Origin: Botryllus schlosseri
Lineage: Eukaryota
DNA length: 64,000 nt
NCBI GenBank assembly: GCA_051294905.1
Contig: CM119371.1
Location: 16,990,001-17,054,000 of the forward strand
Reading direction: 5' to 3'
Position numbers and translations under genes: made by a program. Below the pieces are notes generated by a model that was given only the letters and a program-made list of their open reading frames with translations, ran no database searches and was not told the DNA's origin. Shown here piece by piece: positions 1 through 12,382 of this stretch. Position 1 is the stretch's first letter, and each line of letters starts with the position of its first letter.

Positions 1-81
1 ATACGATGTTTGTCCGGTTGAATCCAATGGCATTACAGGCGATACAAGTAGACATATTTCAGTGTTCCGTTTGCTTTAGTC

Positions 82-864
82 CAGGGGTGGCCAACCTGCG
101 GCCGTAAGAGGGAATTTGTGCTGCCGTAGACACGCAATTCAATTAGTATGTGTTGGCGGCTGTCGACATGCAATTCGAATTTGCGAATTGACTCCCGATT
201 TCTTCAAAGATTTTAATTAATCTTGAAATTTTCTTCGCGCTGGGCGCGATTCAACGCGACTTAATTTTTCGATTCCAATATAGTAGCACCCTTTGCAATC
301 AGAGCCCCACAATACAGATGCGAACATCAATGGAAAATGATGCGCCTCACGTGGAAATATCAGCTCGGAATCGTGTGCTCCTCACTATACTAACAATCCT
401 GATGAGAGGTCAAGAAATAACAGCTTGCTACAAAGTTACTAATACCAATTGGCCCACCCGAAGAAGCATCATAATTTATAACTTGCGTTAAATTTTCGAA
501 AACACCCCTACATCAACTCTATACCAGTGTATCTAATCACACGGGAGAAAGGATAAATGTTTGATGGTAATATATAAAACTACTGATATCAATGACGAAA
601 TTCATTGGTGAATCTGAAATTTTTCGCGCAATGCGCGACTATGAGCACTTCCTTCCTTAACATTACCAGTGACCACTCGCGATTTGGGTGCGCATAGTAA
701 GCCTACCATTAAATAGATTAGTCCGGAGTTTACCAGAAATGGATATAGAAACTTTAACCTGGGTATTTGGCGTCCAGTTCGTTCATTACGACTATGTCCT
801 GGAATGCGGCCGTAGGCTACACAAGTAGTCGAAATGTGAATGACAAAAAGGTTGGCCACCCCTG
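82..864. mobile_element. Non-autonomous hAT (Buster/Charlie-type) MITE
   Basis: TIRs CAGGGGTGGCCAACC...GGTTGGCCACCCCTG; perfect 8-bp TSD CTTTAGTC (74-81, 865-872); same family as 39800-40325. Confidence 0.93.
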
Positions 865-872
865 CTTTAGTC

Positions 873-1074
873 ATAATCTGGCGTTATCCCTGCGTATGCG
901 CTGTGATGAATACAAGATATTTAACTGTCAACGCGGACTTTGTAATTTGGTTTATTACTGTGGATGTGATGGATAATATAATCTTTTTTCAATGTACTCA
1001 GAATTGCTATGCGGGCTGGATAAAATCGTCTGGCGGGCCTGATCCGGCCCACGACCGTATGTTTGACACCCCTG
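873..1074. mobile_element. Right end of a hAT MITE (left end not in window)
   Basis: Ends GGCGGGCCTGATCCGGCCC...GTTTGACACCCCTG, a typical Charlie-type terminus. Confidence 0.65.
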
Positions 1075-1129
1075 GCCTAGTTTAATAGAATTTGTTAAGA
1101 CACCTCGCATAGGTCAAATACGTGAGTAT

Positions 1130-1233
1130 GACGTCATAAATGGTGGAAACGCGCGCAACTGATATAGGTGGTACTCGAGCACTGCTTTAAACCTCAAAAT
1201 GGTACGTGGGTGGTAAAAGGTTGGGAACCACTG
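1130..1233. mobile_element. Right end of a hAT MITE
   Basis: Ends AAAAGGTTGGGAACCACTG, the same terminus as 3370-3725; left boundary approximate. Confidence 0.6.
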
Positions 1234-2244
1234 ATTTAGGATGTCGGTGCTTCATTTCAAACTTCAGAGTACTATGGAGCTGCATGAAATCACTCGATTA
1301 GGCTACATATAACGAAAATTTAAAGGTAGGTAGCCTACGATTGGATGTCACCATCCAGTTAATTCAAAAGCACGCACGTACACTTATAGAGATTTTGTAT
1401 CGGTTATTTTAGCACTGATAGACGCAGATTGGCGAGTGCCATACATTGAAATAAACTGAAAATGCATATCATCACTACAGCATACCATATATTTCGTTTT
1501 GTGATAGCTCTACACAAATTCCAGCACTTAATGCACAACTTTGAGGGGGTTATACGCTGAGCAATATTGGTAATAATTATACTTGACGATGAGTCGTTAC
1601 TTTGATGTCAGTAAAATTGTGTCGAAATTCACTCTACATAGTGATGATCTATGAAGGTCTATGACCAGATTGACCACTGAACAGCAGAACTCAAGATTTA
1701 TCATCGTCTGAGGGGTATTCATCTTTGCGTTTGACGCTAGTCTGTAAGAATTCTCTCTTCCTGTTTTTAGAAACGGCCTTGGGCGGTTTCGGACATAAGC
1801 ATACTATTCCCTATTTTCGTATTCATATACAAAAATTGACAATAACTTTTCATAGAAACAAACAACCACCGTCTATTATATTCTGTGGCATATTCATAAG
1901 TCAATCATAACCGCAAATAGGCTAGCTTGGATCTGCTTGCGGCTCTGAGATACGCGGTTGGGAATCATTGATTTAGATGAATGATACCCTGCAACCTGCA
2001 ACGTAACAGCTTTTCTGTTGTCTGGAACGTTGGTGAATCGTTCCAAAACTTTCTTGTACTTGTCATGGTGGTCTCGCGGTAGGACAAGTCTCTCCACGCG
2101 AAAAATTGATTTTTTATTGAGAAGGGGGAGCAGACTTTCGTACAACCGTCCGAACTGATCCACGGTCATTTCCGGAATGGCAATATTGCCCCTCTGCAAA
2201 ATATGAAAGAATATTTCTTCGTTGAACGTATTTATGGTGGTAAC

Positions 2245-2672
2245 TAGGGTTGCATTTAAAACAGAATTAAATTTAAAACAAACATGTTCAAAACAAGGCC
2301 CTTGTTTAAAACGTGTGCTTTTATGAAGTCATGGCGTCACTAATATTCAATTGTGACGTCATCGCAGATTGGCATTGACAATTGAAAATATAAGCCAGAT
2401 ATAGCCCCGTTAACGAAATATATACGTACTATAGCTGTTGAACCGACTATTGCGAGGGTTCTAACCATCCCATATCGTGTACGTCGCCCATATCGAGTGG
2501 TAATCGTCCGCAGGCTCATACAACATGTTTTTAGGAAAGTATTTAAACAATTATGGCATATTTACACAACTTAAAAAAAAACTCTTTTTTAAAGGCCTTT
2601 GTTTAAAACAGTGTTTAAAGCATTATTTTAACTAAGGGTTTTAAAAAACCAATTGTTTTAAATGCGCCCCTA
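2245..2672. mobile_element. hAT-like MITE, TAGGGTTGCATTTAAAAC family
   Basis: TIRs TAGGGTTGCATTTAAAAC / GTTTTAAATGCGCCCCTA; perfect TSD GTGGTAAC. Confidence 0.92.
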
Positions 2673-2696
2673 GTGGTAACAGAAATGTATCACGAC

Positions 2697-3168
2697 TAGG
2701 GCTGGGCACAATGATTCGAGTACTCCAATCTGAATCCAGTATTAATTTTCATGATTCGAGTCGAGTAGTAAAAGAAATTACACTTATCAACGAGAATTAA
2801 AGTTACGATACCATTTCCCACTGCGGTAGCCTTGAAACCTTGATTGGCAGTATCGCAGCGTACTAAACATATTAAAAAGCAAAGAACGTTGCTAGAAACA
2901 ACACATTTCCGAAGTCATGATCGTCCCACATCATTATCACAAAATGTAATGGAATCGGTATGGTCGAAAAATAACTAAGTATCTTCAGTGTGATGGATAA
3001 CAGGCATTATACTCTTCTTGGTCGCATAAAAGGTACATATTTGGACTTTGTCAAAATGAATTTTGTTATGACGTCATAGTGACTGATACTCCAATATTCG
3101 ACTCGACTCGAAGCAAAATACGTGATTCAGAATGGAATCACTAAGGTACTCGAATTTGCCCAGCCCTA
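2697..3168. mobile_element. hAT-like MITE, TAGGGCTGGGCA family
   Basis: TIRs TAGGGCTGGGCA / TGCCCAGCCCTA; TSD ATCACGAC/CTCTCGAC (6/8); paralog at 43325-43843. Confidence 0.88.
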
Positions 3169-3369
3169 CTCTCGACAATTACGAGAAGCACTAACTTGAT
3201 TCTTATCGATGACGATATGCAACGATCCACGATGTACAGTGAGGTTGCTCCATTTTATCACATCAATCAATTGGTGTAAATCGACCAATTCGCCAACGTG
3301 TTCGACAAACAGGTGCAATTCATTGATCTGATAATTTACACAAACGATAGGTCCATAGTCTAGCTAGTC

Positions 3370-3725
3370 CAGTGGTTCCCAACGTGGGCGATATCGCCCC
3401 CCAGGGTCGATTTGGCGGTCCAGGGGGGCGAAAATGGACAAAGGGGGCGACAGGGGGCGAAATCAGCCAAGGGGGCGATAGGGGGCGACGACGCGCCCAA
3501 ACCGGCTGACCTTTTTTTTTTTTTTTTTCAGTCATCCACCTAGCAATGTGGAGAGAAAAACGTTATTTTGAGCTCTTAGAGGAGAAAAATGACCTTTTTT
3601 TTTTTAGTCAACCCGCCGGTGATTACGGTTTGTATGCCCATTTTTCGGTACATAAAATCTGGGGGCGATGATCGGTGTTAAGCTTGAAAAGGGGGCGATG
3701 GTTCGAAAAAGGTTGGGAACCACTG
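3370..3725. mobile_element. hAT MITE, CAGTGGTTCCCAAC family with GGGGGCGA subterminal repeats
   Basis: TIRs CAGTGGTTCCCAAC / GTTGGGAACCACTG; TSD AGCTAGTC/AGCTAGAC; short derivative of 29020-30169. Confidence 0.93.
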
Positions 3726-6111
3726 AGCTAGACTGTTGTCTTTTGCGTAATGAAAACGTTTAATACCTGGGATATGTTCGATGCCAATTTTTGCAGTGCC
3801 GATATTTCACTGAGATTTAATGAGCAACGTTCGACTCTAATCGGTGGCGTTTTTAAGAGTGATTGAAGATCTTCCAGAAATTCGAAGTCGTCATTTTGGA
3901 GATTCAATACCTTATACTTCCATTCCTTGGCAATCTGCAACAGAGGTAAAGTAACATGATAGTAACCCCCTGAGTAAAGATGATTACGAAGCAGCAAGTT
4001 ACCGAGTATTCGTCACTGCAATTCTGTTGAAACTTTAAAGATTCGATAACAATTAATCTGGCGTCGGATCTTTGAAACAACGATTTCAAAATATCCGAGT
4101 ACTGCGTTCCTGAATCAACCCTTAAATACTGGTATGCTTGTGACCCGTGTATCGATGTGATTCGAGATAGCGTTATTTCATCCACCTTTAATCAATATAA
4201 TCCTTAGCCATCGAGATGGCGTTTCTATGCTGCTTCGAAAACACCCACGTTTTTTCCTTCGTTTTCGCAGATGTATTGCGCCGTTAATTTCATATCGGAA
4301 AATTCCAGAATTTCGCAACCGAGCTTTATCATGAAAGGAACGATTTGGTCATATGCTTCGCGATTTCGGTCTCTTCTGAAACTACGCTGCACTCGCAGGA
4401 AAGCTGGATACCTTTGATTGTCCTGGACGTCATCAAAGATTATATTGGTAAATAATACTATAACAATTATTAATTATAATCATTGATGACGATTATCAGC
4501 AAATTTGCTTTGAGTAGAAGTGGGCAACGTAATGATTACGAACAATCGGCCCTTCAGTGCGAATATTTCATGTTAAAACGACAAATACCCCATATGCATC
4601 GAATTCAACGTAGATGTTGAATTCTCGCGTACGAACTTCGTTCCAAACTCCGCTTTGAACCAGTGAAACCAGAGACGAGGATGCTGTTAACACCTCGTCC
4701 GTGATGAGACATGACGTGTTATTTGCATTGTCGGTCTGAAAGATAAGTTCTTTGAAACGGCGTCGATATGAGTTATATATACCACTTCAAGCTCTTACTA
4801 TCTCTATATGCTTCAAAAGCATGCAGTTTCAGGTCCGCGATGTATATAAAACTATCGTTTTGAATCTAGAACAGATGTCCTGATAGTGCGACTAAATAGG
4901 TCTCAAGCGGGCAAAGTTATGCTTAATTCACGACAACTATAGGCCGCTATAGTGGTGAAGCGTTTACTTTAATTTTAAGTCAACGTCAAAGCGATCGCGA
5001 AAAAGCATGGAAATTTCATCAATTCAACTGTAAGTCCTCTCAAATCAAGTTGAATTTGATTTATGCCAGTCAACAACTATTGCGTACGGCTCTGCATACT
5101 CCGCACAGTACACACGGCCTGATGTTTGACATTAACAACTCTGCTACTGATCGCGCTTAGTTGGTTGCAACCAATAATGCTGGCGTGCCATCGCCAACCA
5201 TAGGGATTATAGTTGCGTGACTTGACCTCACGGAGCCCCTGATGTTCCTTGGAACACCGGCTAAGAATCACCGACCTAGTGTTGAATAAGAAAGTGGCCG
5301 TGATACTCTGTCAACGTGTATTGGAGCCTGCATTTGAAATAGTTTGGGCATCTCGATTCCAGAGCTAAGCGGCGGCACCTTCCATTTGGTGAGAACGTGC
5401 TTGCGCGGCAAAAGCGATCTTTCTAAGGAATACTTTCGGCTCAACTGTCAGCCGAAAGTGTTCAGGAGACGTAAAAGTTTGCGAATCGCTTGTCTAGTAG
5501 TCACCATATTTCGAATTAAAAGAAAACAAATTAAAACAAGTCACCTGTATGGTAAAATCACTTGTCACAAACACTAATAACTATGTTTAACTCATACGAT
5601 TGATTAAGATCAAACTACTATACCAGAAACCATACCGAAGGGGATTGTGGCAGGAACGTTACGTCTCCGTACTTCAAAACGTCAACTTGAATGCTGGATG
5701 TGTTCGTCATCAGGTTCTTTATTTCGATTGGTGTGTGTGTCTGTACGGGGCAGGTGAGTTCTCCAACCTGTCCATCACGCAATGTAAAGGATGGTGAAGC
5801 ATGTAGAACACACGAAAATACCCGATCACTAATCCCAAGTCCATTGTTTTATTACATTTAATTGGTTAAAAACACATGTTTGATTGTGTGGTGTTTGACA
5901 AATATTAGGCATAATGATGTAATAGGAATGACGAATGACGTCGTAATTCTCGGAAGAAAATATTACGTATCGAAAAATCTGACTCGGAATTCCGTCGCAT
6001 TGAATTAATCGTAGATGCTAATATTTCCATTGAGCCTCATCAAACAAACATTTGCTACCGTCGGTTAGAATTGCTAGTGTCACTGAAGCGCCACCGTGTT
6101 ATCATGTTTAC

Positions 6112-6306
6112 CTTTAATACGCAGTTATTGGCGTCTTCTGGCATCTTGGTTATTTTCTCAAGGAGCGAGCGCACCCTTTGTTTTGATAACGTTGCCATGT
6201 TCACAGTTTTCGCTTCTATAGTTGCACGGCCACTCGTGAAATGAAATAAGTCGTTGATGACGCTAATTTTACTTTCCGTCAATTCCTCGACCTCCAGGAG
6301 ATTACC
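6112..6306 (-). CDS. Internal coding exon of the NACHT gene (65 codons)
   Basis: ttttgtAG|GGT...AAG|GTaaac, phase 0-0, open: GNLLEVEELTESKIS...NNCVLK. Confidence 0.7.
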
Positions 6307-6958
6307 CTACAAAATGAATACACGTGGTATACACTATGATAAGTCACGCCTCTGATAAACGTCGCGAGATCGATCAAGGTCAAGCATCCAGTTGGACAGA
6401 AACTGATGAGCCTTTCAAAAATATTTCATTTTACAGAAAGAAAGACAGGACACGTTTAGAGGATGACCAATTTGCCGCTTGCTTCGATCTGATATCCAAA
6501 ATATAAAACAAACGCCAGGCGTATATTAATATTTATTTCATCCCAGCACCATAACAAAGTTTTCGGCGTGAATAGACTCGGCTACTTTCAAATCAAGTGT
6601 GTTGGATACAAACGAGTACCGACATGGGCGTCGCCTCGAATGTGACCTAAACATTGTTCTTCTAGGCCTCGACTGTGAATCAGGTAGTCAAATACGGCCG
6701 CATACCAGTCATGATATCCATGATATACATCTAGGCCTAGACCAAAGGGAGGCCTCTCTTACACATATTCCGCGAAAAGCTGTAAGCATTATCCATCGAT
6801 TCCCACACCTTGTGAGAGCAATAGAGACAGACATATTCTGTCTGTGGAACTTCGCTCGTTGACTAGAGTTGTATAACTCAATGGCACCCGAAGCGCACTT
6901 GCTATGACACCAAAACTTCACATGACGATTTGATGTAGCAGTAGAACTAGTAGCTTAC

Positions 6959-7114
6959 CGCAACGTCGTACTTCATATCATAATCCGACAGCTCGACGGA
7001 TCCTATCTTAAATTTAATTGATCCCGCATCTTCCGAGCGAGAGCTCGCTTCAATCAGCTTTGATAGTCTTTCACCATCTTCGTGCATATCTCCCGCAATT
7101 TTTAAGTTGGCTAT
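6959..7114 (-). CDS. Internal coding exon of the NACHT gene (52 codons)
   Basis: attcAG|ATA...GCG|GTaagc, phase 0-0, open: IANLKIAGDMHEDGERLSKL...MKYDVA. Confidence 0.7.
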
Positions 7115-8198
7115 CTGAATGAATAGGCACCGATAATGCCACCAGTTGAATTTATTAAATTTTATATTTCGTCACACAAAGCAGTTGCGTGAATTGAGTA
7201 ATGGAGTAATTGTTTAATGAATCGCTTGCAAGAGTTATCTGGACGTTCATAACGAAATTGCGATTAGGTATCGGCCGATGGTGACATTGGAAAACTACAC
7301 CGATATTAGAAAACCCACCGTTATATACTCTAATATATGATATAAAATGAAGGATAAACGACATATTTCAAATAAATTACTACATTCGGAAGAAAAACAT
7401 GTAAATATATATCATGATATAAACAATTAGATGTATATGTAGGAAAAGCTTTAAAGTATCTTTACTGGTTTGGGATACGCTCAGTTTAGCATGACAATGC
7501 AAAAATCGCATTTTTACAAGATTTATAATATAAAAGGGCAAATCAATGGTGTGCCGGAAACCACATTCTACTTATTTTTGCACGAGCATCGAGATGGAAG
7601 TTGTGTCATTCTGCTTTTTCGGAGTACTCAAGTAAGCTACTCGCAATATCTATTCAGGTAGTTAGGTTTGTAATATACTTCTATTTCTAATTGAACAGGT
7701 TACTAGCAACTGAATTCTTACAGTTTTGATTTAGAGGGTATACTATCGTTTTGGATGAATTTGTATGACTGTAGTGTGAGAAAATGGCATTGAAACGAAC
7801 TTAATTACCCCCTGTATTATGATACGGTATAAATTGTCGAAGATTTCACACATATTTGTGGTGTCACCAGTCCCTTTGCATGAGTCGCAAAAAATATCTT
7901 TCAATCACTAAAGTAGCCACTTCCGATTAGCTGCTTAATCTATACGACCAAGTTTACATTTCGAACCTAATTGAGTACTTTTGAGAAATTAATTTCCCGC
8001 ACTTCCACTTGATGTAGTTTTGTCATATCTATGAAATGGTTTCTTTTTCTCGTATCTATGTATACATTTGCGTTCTTACTTTTAGTTCTAGGCCTACCTG
8101 AGTAGCATTGTTCACCACTTTAACCAGCCACAGTCGTTGTAAATAACTGTTTATCAACAATAAAAAATATGATTACATATGCACTCAACGTCTTACAC

Positions 8199-9333
8199 AT
8201 AGTGAGAATATTGATCCTCCTTTGCATCATCATTTGATGTGAGTAGCACAATTCGCAATGAAGAGTAGTTTACCTTCATGGCAACATTTTCTTCTAGTAA
8301 TGCCAATGACGACGAATATATCGTCATGCTGCTATACGTCTTCACTTTGTCAATGGATTTAATTGATTGCGCCACGGTTATTACATCAGCTGCGTCACAA
8401 TCTGCCTTCATTTTTATCGCGGTAACTTTAGTTATCACACTGCGTTTAAGAAGAGGGGCACATTGGCGTAGTATGCGAAGATCTTTGACATCGGTAATTG
8501 TTGAGCTTCTATTCTTTGATTCGAGGAATTTCAGCAGCACTTCCTGAAGACTTCTTAACTTGGCTTCACCTATATACGGTATCGATATAAATTGCAGATG
8601 CACAAGTGTCGGGAAGTCAGACAGATTAACGTCATTAACTTACGTGTTTTTGAAAGTGATGTTACAACTCGCCATTTGTCTTCGTCTGCAATGATTGCCA
8701 CTCCAAGAAGAATGAAATTAGGAATGTCGGGTGAAGATAACTCTTCCTGCAGATTCTTGTAGCTTTTGTTATTGTCCATGGAGAGCCAATGGAATGCAGC
8801 TAAGATATCCTGAAAGAAGTTCATCTCAATGGTAATTATGTAGTTAACAATGTTATCGGTATCCAAATTCTACTGGAGATATCATGAATACCTATACCAT
8901 AAATTCCTACTACAAAACGGTGGTAATGGAGAAGTGTTGTAGGATGAAGATTTTGCTGCACCTAAGAACCTTTATGAAGATGATTAGAAGTGTTGTCACT
9001 ATGACGTCATTTCCATTAATAATGAGCGATTTTGCCACAAATCCCAAAGTGACGGGGTCCTATTTATTTAACACGGTTGTTCAGGTATTCCAGGCCTCAA
9101 TCGTTTTCGGCTCAGCGTACGTTTGAGATTCCCGAATTGCAGATTAGCGTAAGTGTTGCCCAAGTGATAACCACTGGGTCCAAATGTATTAATCGTCAGT
9201 ATTTTCTTGATGAAACGCCCGGTCGTTCAGATGCCCCAAGAGCAAATACTTTTGCAATTCATCGGACGAATGTCGTTGTATACATCTATCAAAGCAGTTA
9301 ATTGATATTTACTAATATTTACATGGAGTCAAA
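8199..9333 (-). pseudogene. Decayed post-NACHT exon
   Basis: Overlapping protein-like ORFs 8570-8866 and 8193-8603 (frameshift); stop-ridden frame upstream; candidate acceptor cttgtacAG at 9334 and donor near 8198. Confidence 0.55.
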
Positions 9334-9346
9334 CTGTACAAGATGC

Positions 9347-11221
9347 GAATACTGGCTTCCATTGCTCATATATTATGTTTAAAAGAACTTGAATTATTTT
9401 ATTTGACACTCACCACTATGCAAACTATTAGCTTCAATATTTAATGGTCTTGATTTCTGACGGCACAAAACCCGTTAATACTAATAATACTAATCGTCGA
9501 TGAATATTTCATCGGTGATTCCCAAAGTGGGCGCCAACGCCTCCGGGGGCGTTCGCGAGCGCGATGAGGGTGCTGGCCATGAAATGGAGCGATTGGGGGC
9601 GGTGGCTATAAAATTGGACGGTAGGGGGCGCTGACAGCAAATAGGAGTGGTGTAGGTTGAGAAGGCAGCTGCTGCGTAGTGTTGAAACGATTGATGAATA
9701 AAGCAGTGTTGGGATCAAGTCACTACCTTCGAGTCACGAGTCATTTCGAGTCATTGCACATTTTGACTCGAGTCAAGTCAAGTCAATCGATTTTCAAAGG
9801 TGACTCGAGTCAAGTCAAGTCACTCGATTTTTTGAGGGGACTCGAGTCAAGTCGAGTCAAGTCAAGTCAAGTCACGAGTCAAGTCACAATTCAAGTCAAG
9901 TTGCCTTTTTCAAGTATGGGGCATGATAAGGTCTTTGCATTTTGCTAGCTGTCTGAGATACAGATTGGGTGGTCATTGATTTTGAACCGATGAACGAATA
10001 TAGAGTTGAATATACACGTAAGAAAGCGCTGTATCGCTCACATATACGTAGAACTGCTTAACCACATATAGTTACCAGCCAAAATAGAGAATAGATGCGA
10101 ATTGATAGGAAGCAATACATTACCAATTTGCAAATCGATATGATACAACTCGACTCTGCGCCAATGGTTGAGGACAATATAAACTATATTCGAATTCAAT
10201 TTCAATAAAACAAGAAGTTTGGTTCAGGTAAAACATAGATTAATTACTTTACTATACTAGTTTACGACAACATAAGATGTAAGCTTCGACCACTTCGTTT
10301 GCGATCAATTTATTTGTGAGGCAATGGAGGCTCAGTAAAACGCACGATCATTAAATGATTGGTCGATCTCACGGTTACACCAGTGTTTCGATAACAATCC
10401 GAACATATGCAAGACTCAGTGTTTATTATCGACATCGATTACTTGATGACTTTAAATTGACTCGTGAATTTTGGTCCGACTCACGAGTCAATCCATATTT
10501 CTGATACGCCGAGTCAAGTCAAGTCAAGTCATTTTAGCAAAGTGACTCGAGTCAAGTCAAGTCATTCGAAAAAGGTGACTCGAGTCAAGTCATGACTCGA
10601 GTCATCCCAACACTGGAATAAAGCAGCTAAATATGTACTAAAATGCAAAATGGATTCAGTCAGGGCAATTCGGGGTCGCCCGTCTATCTAATCAACTGTA
10701 CCGGAAAAGTACATTGCTACTTGAAAATGTTGATCCTGCCAATCAATGGAAAGGAAAGGACGTAGTTTATTTTTGTCCTTGATGTTTTGCGGCATATACA
10801 CCGAACCATGATACACATACACACGTCCTGTGCATATGCATACCATGAGTGCATAATGTGCATATGCCGCTGGACAAAGAAGGTGCTAATGGGCTAATTT
10901 AGCAGTCGACTGAATCCCAAGAAAGCGTGGTTCATTGTGCGCTGTGATAACTATGAAGTACTTGAGCAGTTATTGCTCACTGCGAGGTGACTTCTTAAGA
11001 TAAAAAAAAATAATGGGATTATGACAGTAACGGCATCGTGTGTTCATAATCAGATCCCGCGTCACAAATAGGCATTCAAGGAACTGGCTTTGTATGGTCA
11101 GAAATCAAGACCATTAAATATTGAAGCTAATAATTTGCATGGTGATCAGCGTCAAATAGAATATTTCAAGATTTTTTTTACATAATATAGGTAGGTGCGA
11201 CGACGCGAGAAGTTAGTATTC
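9347..11221. repeat. Long imperfect inverted repeat (arms ~9347-9476 and ~11082-11221)
   Basis: Perfect 36-bp core TATTAGCTTCAATATTTAATGGTCTTGATTTCTGAC (9426-9461) matches the reverse complement of 11097-11132; flanks also align. Confidence 0.85.
9704..10615. mobile_element. hAT MITE, CAGTGTTGGGAT family with (GAGTC/AAGTC)n subterminal arrays
   Basis: TIRs CAGTGTTGGGAT / ATCCCAACACTG; perfect TSD GAATAAAG; paralog at 45296-46061. Confidence 0.93.
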
Positions 11222-11228
11222 TACTCAC

Positions 11229-12382
11229 TCGCATTGCTATGCTGATAAATCTGTAACGATAGTGATGGCTCTGTGCCTTATTGCCCAGGAATTTTCCGTC
11301 TTCTTGATCATACGTCACCGAAATGTAATGACCCATTTCGTAGACGATTTCCCTATCCGAGTCTTGTATCTCCAAGTCATCCTTTCTTGTCGTTGCTGCT
11401 AGATGTGCAACCGCCATCACAAATTTCATGTTCTTATGTTCGGTCTTCTTTCCTCCAGAGTGGTGAGAGTCGAAAAATTCTATCGCATCAAGAAGAATTT
11501 TTATATCAGTCATTGTTTCGTTTGCCTTGATTTGACTGGCCAAATGTATGAGCATAGCTGGTGTCTTGCACATATCTTTTATAGCTGGAGAACAATGTAG
11601 TAAAAGGCCAACACGCTGTCGCTCGCCCGTTAATTGTACGAGTATATCCAACACGTCGTTTTTGTCAAAGCCCTCTACATCGACAACCTGAACATCCATA
11701 ACGTAATTGGATTTCCACAGCCATTGCGGAGTCGTGGTACACATTACCCACATCCCTCTGTAAATATCTCGTCGAAGAAGATTTATTATTATTGAAATGG
11801 GATGTACTCGCTTGTCCAGAGTTATCTTCGCAGGAGCATTTAAGTCACATTTGGCTACGTCGATGCCGTCAATGACCACCAAAACTTGGGATGGATTCTC
11901 GGCTATCCATGTCTCAAGCGGTTTTGAGGCTTTTGCGCTCCTAAATATATTAGCGAATTGATCGTTGAATAACAGATCAAAAGGTCGGCATTTGCTATTC
12001 CAGAGTATGTTTGTCCCTTCGATGAATACGATAACTTTGACATCAGAGGGTCCGAAAATTTCACCCCTGATAGCTCGATTGGTATACTTTATCGCAGTGG
12101 TAGTCTTTCCAGCGCCTGGTCCTCCAATAAGTAACACCGTTGTGGAGATTTGGTCATTCGGGAGTTGGTGGACTGTCTCTAGTGATACTGCGTTGTAGAA
12201 TTGTCTTTCTTTCGCATTAGCTTTTCTCTCCATATATTTTACCGATTTGCCAAGTGTCAAGCGTCTATATTTCGTGTCGTAGTCGTTCTTAAGCGGTGTG
12301 AGATCCATTTGTGAAAAATCATTGTGCTCCTTTAGCTTTTCAACAATCATTTTCGACTCTTCGTTTATCTGATTCGCGAAAC
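11229..12382 (-). CDS. NACHT (STAND P-loop NTPase) domain exon
   Basis: Walker A GGPGAGKTT, Walker B VLVVIDGID, sensor-1-like CTTTP, helical-domain CKTP, winged-helix end YRFISIAMR; acceptor aaacAG (phase 1) and donor CGA|GTgagt; no internal stop. Confidence 0.88.

Larger units (their letters stand above)
1691..4735 (-). pseudogene. Decayed large terminal exon of the NACHT gene, interrupted by three MITEs
   Basis: Acceptor ttcAG before 4735 (TDNANNTSCLITDEV...); ORFs 3904-4185, 3728-3997 and 1894-2199 plus an open segment 3361-3169 join up once MITEs are removed; several in-frame stops and frameshifts. Confidence 0.62.

Noticed and set aside
3364..3733. MITE removable as an intron using GT and AG in its TSD copies, which would restore frame and delete the TAG
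   Set aside because: The arithmetic works, but the donor (GTCTAG) and acceptor contexts are poor, and upstream stops in the same exon would remain.
9720..9900. GAGTC/AAGTC arrays (also GACTCC arrays at 59440-61726) as CRISPR or satellite
   Set aside because: Short subterminal motifs inside TIR elements; no constant repeat-spacer structure or cas genes.
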